NCBI GenBank assembly: GCA_963762565.1
Contig: CAVXLD010000005.1
Coordinates: 384,001 to 448,000, forward strand
Source of the DNA: an uncultured Verrucomicrobiae bacterium
Lineage (GTDB): Bacteria > Verrucomicrobiota > Verrucomicrobiia > Chthoniobacterales > JAFAMB01
Direction of reading: 5' to 3'
DNA: 64,000 nucleotides
Shown here: positions 43,480 through 51,895 of the stretch, piece after piece
Layout: the number at the start of each line of letters is the position of its first letter
Position numbering within the stretch: position 1 is the stretch's first letter
Notes under the pieces: model-generated
Database searches by the model: none
What the model saw: the letters and a program-made list of their open reading frames with translations, nothing else
What the model was told of the DNA's origin: nothing
Position numbers and translations under genes: made by a program

Positions 43480-44337
43480 TCACGACCCGTGGTTCTTCGT
43501 GCGCCAGCTGTACTTGGGATTGTATCCGAGGATTTTTATCGCTTTCTCAATCGACAGCAGGGTTTCGTGTTGCCCGAAAGACCGCTTATGAGGAACACTC
43601 GGGAAAACCTCGTTTAACAATGACTCATTGTCCCGTTCCATTACTGTGTCGGCATTCGCGATGATGAAAACTTCCGCCCCTTTGATGGTCGATTCTAGGG
43701 AAAGCCGAACCGCTTGAGCTGCATCCCGGGCATCAACGTAACCCCAGAAGTTCCATTTGCGTTTTCGGGCATCATCCTGAAAACCGGGGAACCTGGAATA
43801 ATCGTGGGGTTCCATGATGTTCGAAAAACGCAGGCCGATAATCTTCAACTGCGGATCCCAACGGCAAAACTGCTTTGCCATTTCTTCGCCCATCAGCTTG
43901 GAAAGAGAGTAGGCCCATTCCGGTCGTCCGGGATACTCTTCATCGACCGGGACGTAGGGCGGGGGCGTATCAAAAGGCAAACCGAGCACGGTCTCGCTCG
44001 AGGCCCAAACCACATTTTTAATCCCAAGTTGTCGCGCTGCTTCAAACACATTGTAGGTGCTGATGGTGTTTGTGGCGAAGGTTACTGCGTTCGTCGCCAA
44101 CCCTGGAGCAGGGATCGCAGCCAGGTGTACGATCCCGGTCACGTTGTGGATCCGGTCGTCAATTTGAGAAAACGCGGCCACTGTCTGGCCGAAATCAGTA
44201 AGCTCAACCCGGCTGAATGGTACCGGCACATCCGGCGGCCGGACCAGATCGACACTGGCTACCTCGTAGTGATAAGCCAGCAATTCCGAGATACAGGCTC
44301 GCCCGGCCTTTCCGCTGCCACCGGTTACAATAATCAT
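43480..44337 (-). CDS. NAD-dependent epimerase/dehydratase (extended SDR)
   Basis: VTGGSGKAG, VHLAAIP, WASSE, YSLSK. Confidence 0.92.
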   Translation of the reverse strand: MIIVTGGSGKAGRACISELLAYHYEVASVDLVRPPDVPVPFSRVELTDFGQTVAAFSQIDDRIHNVTGIVHLAAIPAPGLATNAVTFATNTISTYNVFEAARQLGIKNVVWASSETVLGLPFDTPPPYVPVDEEYPGRPEWAYSLSKLMGEEMAKQFCRWDPQLKIIGLRFSNIMEPHDYSRFPGFQDDARKRKWNFWGYVDARDAAQAVRLSLESTIKGAEVFIIANADTVMERDNESLLNEVFPSVPHKRSFGQHETLLSIEKAIKILGYNPKYSWRTKNHGS

Positions 44338-44451
44338 GGGGCACTCAAGCGTTCGGCATTGGCTGTGGCAAACGGTTTCTGCTATAAAGATCTCGCTCCT
44401 ACGGAGCTAGTGATTCGCTTTGCTTGGGGATCCCGTGTTTTTGCCGGTTAG

Positions 44452-44826
44452 TTAAATTGCCTCCGGGCGTCGGCTAGTACGGATCAACCGGCATAAGCTT
44501 ACCTCATAATCTCGCCGCCAACGCACGTTTCGGACGACGTCTAAGGCAATTAACATACAGCAGGTGAACAACCAGGCTGCTCCAAGAACGATGCCGACAG
44601 GCCAACTAAGCAAAAGCAGGATGCTTATTACGACGACCAGAGCATAACCAAAGGCCCCTCTACCCAGAATTTCTCTCGGTCGACGTCGCCATAGCCATTC
44701 GGTGCGCAGACTCTCCGAGGGGTTTACCGGCGGGTAACCAAAATATCTGTGGATCTGCCAGGGTGGGACTTCCGGAAATCGCCATACGTCCTCACTCTGA
44801 AAGTCTGTCCAAAAGTTCGATCGCAT
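44452..44826 (-). CDS. Hypothetical membrane protein (2 TM)
   Basis: Two hydrophobic segments flanked by Arg-rich stretches. Confidence 0.6.
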   Translation of the reverse strand: MRSNFWTDFQSEDVWRFPEVPPWQIHRYFGYPPVNPSESLRTEWLWRRRPREILGRGAFGYALVVVISILLLLSWPVGIVLGAAWLFTCCMLIALDVVRNVRWRRDYEVSLCRLIRTSRRPEAI

Positions 44827-44936
44827 CCGCTTCTTCGTTTATTAGCCGTCATTTGCAAACGCCGTACAAAGAAGAACCAGCGAGATGCAAGAAAGCGTTA
44901 GTAATGTTGCCATGTATTTTCGGCCTAATTAACTGC

Positions 44937-45533
44937 TTACTGCTTACTGACTGCTGGATTGACGTCCGCAGCGCGGTTGCTCAACTCGGAGGCGGCGGTG
45001 TACGCGGCACGAAAAAAGGAATAGCAGATGGACAACTCGTGCTGATCTCTGGGCGTGTATACGACAAGGGCGCCAGGTGGCATTAGTCCATGAGAAGAAA
45101 GGTAGTGAGGCTCGGCCCAACCGCGCACTATCGCCCAGTGAGCACATACCAATGGCAAAGCCAAGTAGATGGTCGGTGCGCCTATTAGGACGCGGCCAAA
45201 CTCTCTCGGACTGATAAATGCAGCGACATTGTACCCTGCGGCGGTTTCCGCTAATCGGAGAGGGATTGTGTTTGAAGAACTATTGTTCGGTGGATTGCTT
45301 TCGACGTAAGGCCAACTCAAAACCGCGGTGGTTAACTGATCCAGGTGCTGCGGATCACCATGTCCGTTGCACTGAATATGCAGTGGTCCACTTAAAGTCG
45401 CGGGCCTTAGCCCTTTTCTACGAGGTAGTTCGTGAAAATCGAACCCTGTCGCGCCATAGCGAAGCGGCGGCGGAGGTTCGCAACTGCAGTCAATATCTCC
45501 GCCTGATTCAGCGCGAGTTGCAAGCTTGTTCAT
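44937..45533 (-). CDS. Luciferase-like domain protein (DUF5519-like)
   Basis: LPRRKG.RP, REFG, RGWAEPH, VYTPRD..EL. Confidence 0.6.
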   Translation of the reverse strand: MNKLATRAESGGDIDCSCEPPPPLRYGATGFDFHELPRRKGLRPATLSGPLHIQCNGHGDPQHLDQLTTAVLSWPYVESNPPNNSSSNTIPLRLAETAAGYNVAAFISPREFGRVLIGAPTIYLALPLVCAHWAIVRGWAEPHYLSSHGLMPPGALVVYTPRDQHELSICYSFFRAAYTAASELSNRAADVNPAVSKQ

Positions 45534-45819
45534 CGCCCTGGGAGCAAGTCCCACGCGCCATGGGTCGTGCTTTTTGCGGATTGTTCTGTTGAGATGGATT
45601 GCTCTGGATTCATGTTGAAATCTCCTTTTTATTAATTGGTGGCGTAAGGATGTTTGTTAATTAGTATGCGTGTAACAGTCTCTGACATGCTGTCCAAGGT
45701 GCCGCAATTGCCAGGAGGCTTACATTGTTTCCCTCTCAAAAGAGCTAGCGCGCCTCAGGGTTAGGCCGCTGCCACGGCGGCCGAAGCGGGACTCTATGGT
45801 CCAAAAATAGTAATGTCCG

Positions 45820-46302
45820 TCACATGGTTTGACGGTTTGAAAAATTGACCGGCGTCAATGCGGACAATTCTTCTCGGCAAATCTCGGCAAATTCTCGTAA
45901 CGGATCCAGTGCACCACTCTCCATCATGCTGCGCAACTCTGGCAGTGTCTTGTTTGGCAAGACATAAGTGTCGAGGATCATGCGAACGAACTTGTCGGCC
46001 CGCTCAGCGATGCGGGGATCGGAGACGACCCTCATTTTGTTGATCAATGCGTAAAGGCTTACCAGTGGCGCGAGGGCGGTTTCATCGTGAATCAGAGCGT
46101 CGACGTAGGACTTGGATGCCTCTTCAATGAATTGTTGGTAAAGCTCTTGCCGCCTTGTCTTCTCTTGCAAGAGCCATTGTACATTCGCCTGTTGATGCTG
46201 TGTAACCCAGGCCGCGGCAAAAGTCATCAATCCTCCGATTACGGATCCGGCCAAAGCGGCCAAGGCGGTGATATAGGCGGGATTCATGGCGCGTGCGGCC
46301 AT
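45820..46302 (-). CDS. Hypothetical membrane-anchored protein
   Basis: N-terminal TM ALAALAGSVIGG followed by a helical domain. Start 46287 or 46302. Confidence 0.75.
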   Translation of the reverse strand: MAARAMNPAYITALAALAGSVIGGLMTFAAAWVTQHQQANVQWLLQEKTRRQELYQQFIEEASKSYVDALIHDETALAPLVSLYALINKMRVVSDPRIAERADKFVRMILDTYVLPNKTLPELRSMMESGALDPLREFAEICREELSALTPVNFSNRQTM

Positions 46303-46309
46303 CCTGAAT

Positions 46310-47884
46310 TCATTTCGAATCGTCCGCCACAGATCCGGACTGGGTCGCGTTCGGCATGTCTGGATCTTTCAGCCGCACTAACAGCCAGGTCTGCGTTGTA
46401 TCCGTATCAAAATGCACCAGGCAACTCGCGACGTCCTGAGTCAAATTCTGCAGGCCGGCCTCGATCACGGTATTATTCGAGCCGATTTTCCAGGCTACCC
46501 GCTGCGTTTTCTTGTCTACTTGGCCGGAGATTGGCGATACCTGTCCGCTCAACAGGTTTTTATAGGCGCCGGTGACGACTCCATCTTTGTCGATAGAGAT
46601 TTGGAAGAACATATAGGCGTCACCCTTTTCTTCCTGAACCATTGCCCAGACTCCAAGCGGCAGGTATTGGGCCTGCTCGCCTTTTTCGGGCGGCACTGGC
46701 GCCGGCGGCTGTTCCTTTGAAGTATTCGCCAAATCAACGGCCTGTTGTGAATACTCCTTGGCGCTCGCCACCCGTTTTCCGTCAACGTAAACGTCGTCGC
46801 CCTCATAGGTCACGTTCACGCCGTAGTCGTAGCTTCGAGAGCGGCCAGAATCGTGGCTTCCAGAGTTGCCGTAATCGTAGCTTCCAGAGCTGCCGTTGCC
46901 ATAGCTTTCGGAGTTGTCGTATGCGCTGTCTAAGGCCAGCCACGTCGCAGCGGTGGCGTACGTCGCTGCTCCCCACCACCAGTATTTTTCGGCGTAACTC
47001 CCGTATTTGTCGGCGTAACGCCAGTAATTGCCGTAATCCCGGCCGGAATAACCGCCGTAGTCCTTCCACCAGTTCGAGCTGAAGTAATTGTCAAGGCTAT
47101 TCCGAGTATTGTCTGTGACCTCAATCGCTCGATTATCCCGATAGTTCTGAACATTATTCTTGTAATCGTTCCACTCGGGCCGGTTAAAGCTGCTTGCTAC
47201 ATTCCGATTATTTCGGAACTCACTGATGTTATTCCAATCTTTGGCACGGTTCGCCTGAAAACCCGCCAGTTTGCCCTGAGTCTGCCCACTCCAATTTTCC
47301 CAAAACTGCTGGTTAGCAAGTGGCTCTGGCGCTCTGTTTCCTGGTTCGCCAGGGCCTTTCCCTGAAAGATCAGGAAATCCCTTGCCCTGCGGTCCTGGTC
47401 CCGGCTGCTTACCTTGCGCAATTGAGGGTAGAACAGATCCGTTTCCTTTCGGAAGGGATTGAATTTTCGATGGCAATTGCAGTCGGTTATTCCCGCCGCC
47501 CCCAAGCTTGCTGTTTGGAACCAAGCCTCCCGTCCGGCTAGAGCCTGGGCGGGTAATGTTTGGGATGTGCGGTTTGGGCCCGCCACCCGCAAGCTTGCCG
47601 TTTGGAGCCAAGCCTCCAATCCGGCTAGGTCCTGGCCGGGAAATATTCGGTGCGTTCGAGAAATTCGGCGGCCTTGAGATACCGGGTCCACCGCCGATAC
47701 CGGGTCCACCGCGGAAGCCCCCTCCAGCCACCGAGGGCGGCATGAATCCGCCGGCAGGTGGACCCATGCTGGGCGGCGGCCCTGGCGGGGGACCTGGGAA
47801 AGCTATCGCATCCGTCCCTATCAGCAGCAAAATGGTCCCGACCACGAGAGCCGATATTTTGAGTAGCTTCAACTCCATAGTCAT
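46310..47884 (-). CDS. Exported Gly/Pro-rich, Trp/Tyr-rich protein with a conserved C-terminal beta domain (resembles PVC 'mu-protocadherin-like' proteins)
   Basis: Signal peptide, low-complexity N-terminus with internal duplication, C-terminal LPLGVWA..., VDKKTQRVAW and GLQNLTQD...VHF...TQTWLLVRL. Confidence 0.7.
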   Translation of the reverse strand: MTMELKLLKISALVVGTILLLIGTDAIAFPGPPPGPPPSMGPPAGGFMPPSVAGGGFRGGPGIGGGPGISRPPNFSNAPNISRPGPSRIGGLAPNGKLAGGGPKPHIPNITRPGSSRTGGLVPNSKLGGGGNNRLQLPSKIQSLPKGNGSVLPSIAQGKQPGPGPQGKGFPDLSGKGPGEPGNRAPEPLANQQFWENWSGQTQGKLAGFQANRAKDWNNISEFRNNRNVASSFNRPEWNDYKNNVQNYRDNRAIEVTDNTRNSLDNYFSSNWWKDYGGYSGRDYGNYWRYADKYGSYAEKYWWWGAATYATAATWLALDSAYDNSESYGNGSSGSYDYGNSGSHDSGRSRSYDYGVNVTYEGDDVYVDGKRVASAKEYSQQAVDLANTSKEQPPAPVPPEKGEQAQYLPLGVWAMVQEEKGDAYMFFQISIDKDGVVTGAYKNLLSGQVSPISGQVDKKTQRVAWKIGSNNTVIEAGLQNLTQDVASCLVHFDTDTTQTWLLVRLKDPDMPNATQSGSVADDSK

Positions 47885-48837
47885 TGAGAAAATCCAGGTT
47901 GTGGCTTTGAGGTGGTGCGCTGCACCACGATCTTTGGAACTGATGGCTGGGGTTCACGATCCAGAGCGCGATTCTGCGATTCCCAAGTGAACTTATTGTC
48001 GTCGACCTTGGTTAGTACGTTTTCGGCTGTGGAGCGGCTGCCGTCCGGCAACACGTTGGAAGCCCGGATCAACCAATGCCCATCCTCATACGACCAGCTC
48101 GATTCGCCGAAGCCGCCGTTACTATCAAAGATCCAGGAACGAATCTGCTGGCAGTCTGGATCCCAGCCGACAATCTCCCAGCCCTCTGTCTCGGCTTCCT
48201 CACGCTTGAGTTTGAATGTGCGCACCAGAAAGTTTCTGTCGCCTGCCCATTCGACCTTCGATTCGACCGTCTGGTCCGCATCTTTATTCTCCCAGTTTCC
48301 GATTAACCATTTAAGCGCTTCTAACTGGGAACTGGCACTGGGAGCCGGCGCCGCCGTCTGCGTCAATTGGGAGATTTGCCAGCGATCAGCTCTTTTGACC
48401 AGAACGGCTAAATATCGAGTCGCGTCGATGGCACCGTTGGCTGCTGTCACAATTGCAACCCCACGATTCACCTGCACATCTGGTGTCAGCGATTTTACTT
48501 CCTCCATCGTGATGGTGATTTTGGCACCCGGAATTGCCTGAAAGTTCTCGGCAAAGAGTTTTTCCATTTCGCCACGGCCTTTTGTTTCTACGCCGTCTTG
48601 ATCGATGTAATCTATATCCTCGGCATAAAAGGCTGCCAGAGTCTTTGCATCGCCTCGGTTATAAGCTTCCTGGTACTTGCGGAATTGATCTTGGGCTGCC
48701 TGATATTCTGGCGATGATTGAATGGCCACCGGCTGTGCCTTCTGAGCACCCAGTGACGAATTTTCGGCTGCCATACTGGTACTACCGAGTGAACATGCCA
48801 TGGCCATAGCGGTCACGGCTAACGATGTTATCTTCAT
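47881..48837 (-). CDS. Exported NTF2/SnoaL-like (DUF4440, SgcJ/EcaC-type) domain protein with a second beta domain
   Basis: Signal peptide MKITSLAV...; YQEAYNRGDAKTLAAFYAED; LKWLIGNW; IVGWDP...IRSWIFDS.GGFG. Stop overlaps the next start. Confidence 0.8.
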   Translation of the reverse strand: MKITSLAVTAMAMACSLGSTSMAAENSSLGAQKAQPVAIQSSPEYQAAQDQFRKYQEAYNRGDAKTLAAFYAEDIDYIDQDGVETKGRGEMEKLFAENFQAIPGAKITITMEEVKSLTPDVQVNRGVAIVTAANGAIDATRYLAVLVKRADRWQISQLTQTAAPAPSASSQLEALKWLIGNWENKDADQTVESKVEWAGDRNFLVRTFKLKREEAETEGWEIVGWDPDCQQIRSWIFDSNGGFGESSWSYEDGHWLIRASNVLPDGSRSTAENVLTKVDDNKFTWESQNRALDREPQPSVPKIVVQRTTSKPQPGFSQ

Positions 48838-49192
48838 TTTTTGGTTCGCTAGAGGTTTGTGCCTGGGTGGAATCTCCATTTTTTTGTTAACTGCACGCGA
48901 GAAATTATTGTTAGTCACATGCGTGTAACAGTCTCCGCCATGCCGCCCATCAGCCGCAATTGCCGGAACGCTCATATTATTTCCCTCTCAAAAGGGCTAG
49001 ATGCGGCTAGATGGGCTTCAGGGTCAGGTCTGCATCTAGAGAACGGTGCGTGAATCAAGGACTCGGCGGCAGTAATTAGCCGTAAGCTGTCCGTAAGCCT
49101 GCATTTCTCAGCAGTCTGAGCGCCGGGGAGGGGGCCTAACTAACTAAACCGCAATCAGCGGTGGCTTCGCCCAAGAGTGTGAGATTTGCGGG

Positions 49193-51004
49193 TTAGTTAG
49201 CCGCGAGATTCAATCTTCTCAAAAGGCTTGTGAATCGGTGCTCGCTCCGGAGCGGCTGAAAGAATGGCTCGACTGCCAGCAGGTTGACGAAATTTGCCTT
49301 GTGATCGATCGCTTCATCGAGGCGTTGAAATGCTAGATCGAAATCTTTCAGTCCGATCGCAGCCAAAGCTTCTGCCAGAGGAGTGATATATTGGCTCGCT
49401 GCGAGTCGATGAAGTTCTTCAACGCATTTCTCGGCCTGCGGCCGCTTACCTCGCCGCGCGTACGTTGCGGCTAGCAAGCCTATTTCTAAGGGAAACCGCG
49501 TATGATAAAGGCACTCTACGGCGGCGTCATACTCTTGCTGCTGGAAATGCAACAGTCCCTTGTAAAATCGTGCTTCCGGATAGTCGCGATCCAAGGCAAA
49601 CGATTTTTCAAGATGCTCGGCAGCTAATCGATGGTCGCCTTTAACGTAGTGAAGGTAGGCCAGCCGTGCGCAGTCGCTGGCGGACAGGGGATCCAATTCG
49701 GTAGAGCGGCGGAGCGCTGCCTCTGCTGCTGGAATCTTGCCAAGGCACAGCAAAGCCATGCCAAGGAAAAAGTGAGCGGGCGCGTGGCCGGGTTGTAGTT
49801 CCAGCGCGCGATCGTACAGCTTCAACGCTTCATCCCAACGATGCTCAAACCAGCCACGAATTCCGCCCAGGATCGTGCACGTTTCTCCCGAGTGGGGATC
49901 GAGAGCATAGCCGCGCTCGGCATTCGCTTTAACTTCGGGATACACGTCACGCCCGGACACCACGCCGAAAAGAGAAAGAAAGCCGGCGGCCGCAGCCATG
50001 CCGCTATAGGCGAGAGCGTAATCCGGAAATGCGTGAGTGAGCTCCCGCAGCTGCTCCAGTGCCGCGCGCAGTGTTTCAGGAGACTGTTGGTGAATGAGGA
50101 ATCGGGCTCGTAAGTACCTGGTATAGGCGTCGAGATCGCCGACGAACGGGTGTGCTCGTGTTCGTGCCGGCGGCGGGTGAACTCGCAGCAACGCGGCAAC
50201 GGATTGGGCTATCTCCTCTTGAACTGCAAACACATCCTTTAGTTCGCGGCGGAACACTTCTGACCAGAGCTCATAGCCGGATTCAACCCGGATCGCCTGC
50301 GCCGTGATCCGCAGTTTTTCGCCCGCTTTCCTGACGCTTCCTTCGATAACGACATCGGCATTGAGACGCCGGCCGGCTTCGCGGATATCGACAGACATTC
50401 CCTTAAACTGGAATGCCGACGACCGCGCGACGACCTTCAATCCCGTGATGTGCGTGAGCGAGTTGATGATTTCTTCGCTGATCCCGTCGCAAAAATAGTC
50501 TTGCTCCGGCTCTGGGCTCATGTTCACGAAAGGCAGCACTGCAACGGACGCACCTATTTGGACTGCAGCGCCGATTTCTTGGTGTGGCTTTTGAGGCTCT
50601 GCGTCTAACCAGCGAAAAATGGGTACGTAACTGCCGGGCCGCAGGCCGATCAGGACAGGGTCATTTCTCCCCGGACCTTCGTAATATTCCTTCAACTTCG
50701 TTCTAAGGCGGCGAGCCTCAACCCGCACAATGGCGTCAACGTTCGGATCGTATTTGGACGAGCGGTCAAACACCTCCATTGCGATCGAGAACTCTTTAAG
50801 ACAGTCGAGATCTCGGCAAAGGGTCCGATTCACAACGTGCGCGAGGAACCGGCACAGCCGAGCCGAGGGAATGAACTTTGGGCTATCCACAATTCGCATC
50901 AATTGTTCGCGAACAGCAGTCTCCGGCACCGCGTCCACCGTAGTTTTGCCAGACATTTCTGTTGATGACGAGCGAGCCATGGGGGTCGAGCCTGGATCGC
51001 TCAC
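49193..51004 (-). CDS. One-component regulator-like protein: N-terminal winged-helix-like domain, TolB-like domain, TPR repeats
   Basis: VREQL.RI..S..F..S.RL.RFL, LKEFSIA.EVFDR...YDP..DAIVRVEARRLR; SVAVLPFVNMS...EQDYFCDGISEEII; TPRs. Start may be 50980. Confidence 0.82.
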   Translation of the reverse strand: MSDPGSTPMARSSSTEMSGKTTVDAVPETAVREQLMRIVDSPKFIPSARLCRFLAHVVNRTLCRDLDCLKEFSIAMEVFDRSSKYDPNVDAIVRVEARRLRTKLKEYYEGPGRNDPVLIGLRPGSYVPIFRWLDAEPQKPHQEIGAAVQIGASVAVLPFVNMSPEPEQDYFCDGISEEIINSLTHITGLKVVARSSAFQFKGMSVDIREAGRRLNADVVIEGSVRKAGEKLRITAQAIRVESGYELWSEVFRRELKDVFAVQEEIAQSVAALLRVHPPPARTRAHPFVGDLDAYTRYLRARFLIHQQSPETLRAALEQLRELTHAFPDYALAYSGMAAAAGFLSLFGVVSGRDVYPEVKANAERGYALDPHSGETCTILGGIRGWFEHRWDEALKLYDRALELQPGHAPAHFFLGMALLCLGKIPAAEAALRRSTELDPLSASDCARLAYLHYVKGDHRLAAEHLEKSFALDRDYPEARFYKGLLHFQQQEYDAAVECLYHTRFPLEIGLLAATYARRGKRPQAEKCVEELHRLAASQYITPLAEALAAIGLKDFDLAFQRLDEAIDHKANFVNLLAVEPFFQPLRSEHRFTSLLRRLNLAAN

Positions 51005-51033
51005 AAATGCTTAGAGAATTGCGAGCGATCCAC

Positions 51034-51104
51034 GATAGCGAATAACAAATCGAAGATAGCTAAGAGTGGACCCCTCCGCTATTCACTATTCGTTACTTGC
51101 TACC
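51034..51104. repeat. Degenerate inverted pair of 7-bp arrays (RATAGCG-like / CGCTATT-like)
   Basis: gatagcg aataaca aatcgaa gatagct ... cgctatt cactatt cgttact tgctacc. Confidence 0.6.
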
Positions 51105-51201
51105 TGAATATCTCACAATCTCCGCGGAAAGCCTTCAGATAGTGACCGTCTTCGGCAGAGAGTGTGATCGACTTTGGAATTAACGCAACGGCAACCCGCA
51201 G

Positions 51202-51255
51202 CTTACGGCAACTTACGGCAATTCGCGGGTACGCTTAGCTACGCTGTAATACAGT
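51202..51255 (+). promoter_or_regulatory. CTTACGG direct repeat followed 31 bp later by a -10-like TACAGT
   Basis: Same heptamer and same spacing to the -10-like hexamer as in the 40328-40382 module. Confidence 0.55.
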
Positions 51256-51263
51256 GGAAGCCG

Positions 51264-51632
51264 ATGCACGCTGAAGAACCGGCAAAGACAACAATCGTGC
51301 TGTGCGCAACGAGCCCACCACCCGAGATCGAGAACGAGATCGAAGCGCGTGGCATCAGAGTGCGATGGGCATCTAGTATCACGGCGGCTACTGCTTTGCT
51401 CGATTCGGCGTCCAATGGAGCCGTTGTAATCACGGAACTGGCGCTCAGGGATGGCAACTGGAGAGACTTGGTCGAACGGCTAAGGCGTATCGGCAAACCC
51501 GTTCGGGTCGCACTCGTGAGTCCAACCCGTACCTCTGAGTTGTGGTGGGATGCATTGGAATGCGGCGTAGAAGATATACTGCTGGCGCCCTTATCGGTTT
51601 CTCGCGTCTGCGAATACCTGGACATCCAATGA
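51264..51632 (+). CDS. Atypical single-domain receiver (pseudo-REC)
   Basis: REC-like pattern VVITELALRDGNWRDL, LWWDALECGVEDILLAP; Glu at the phospho-Asp position and no conserved Lys. Confidence 0.6.
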   Translation: MHAEEPAKTTIVLCATSPPPEIENEIEARGIRVRWASSITAATALLDSASNGAVVITELALRDGNWRDLVERLRRIGKPVRVALVSPTRTSELWWDALECGVEDILLAPLSVSRVCEYLDIQ

Positions 51633-51895
51633 TCTACAAAAAGGACGCCACAGGTTTACTGCAAAGCCTCCTCGGATTGAGCCACGGTCCGTGGCGATGG
51701 TCGGCTGGTGTCCAAGCTAGCGTGGCTACCGCAGTGCCGCTCGCTGCATTCACGTTGACGGGCCACCAATCGCTCAGGCTCTTGCATCGCTTGCCAGGGG
51801 CAAGAAAAGTGAGGGTCGCTGTTTCTAACTTTACTCGCATCGCCCATAATACGAAGAGATTAAACGTAATTATACAAGCAACCGCTGAAGTGTGA
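51629..51895 (+). pseudogene. N-terminal fragment of a FUSC-like membrane protein
   Basis: GPWRWSAGVQASVATAVPLAAFTLTGHQSL resembles FUSC N-termini, then degenerates; ATGA overlap with the previous gene. Confidence 0.4.

Noticed and set aside
48838..48975. Conserved leader peptide encoded by the repeated module (IAADGRHG)
   Set aside because: Other copies have indels or lack a start codon, so coding is not conserved.
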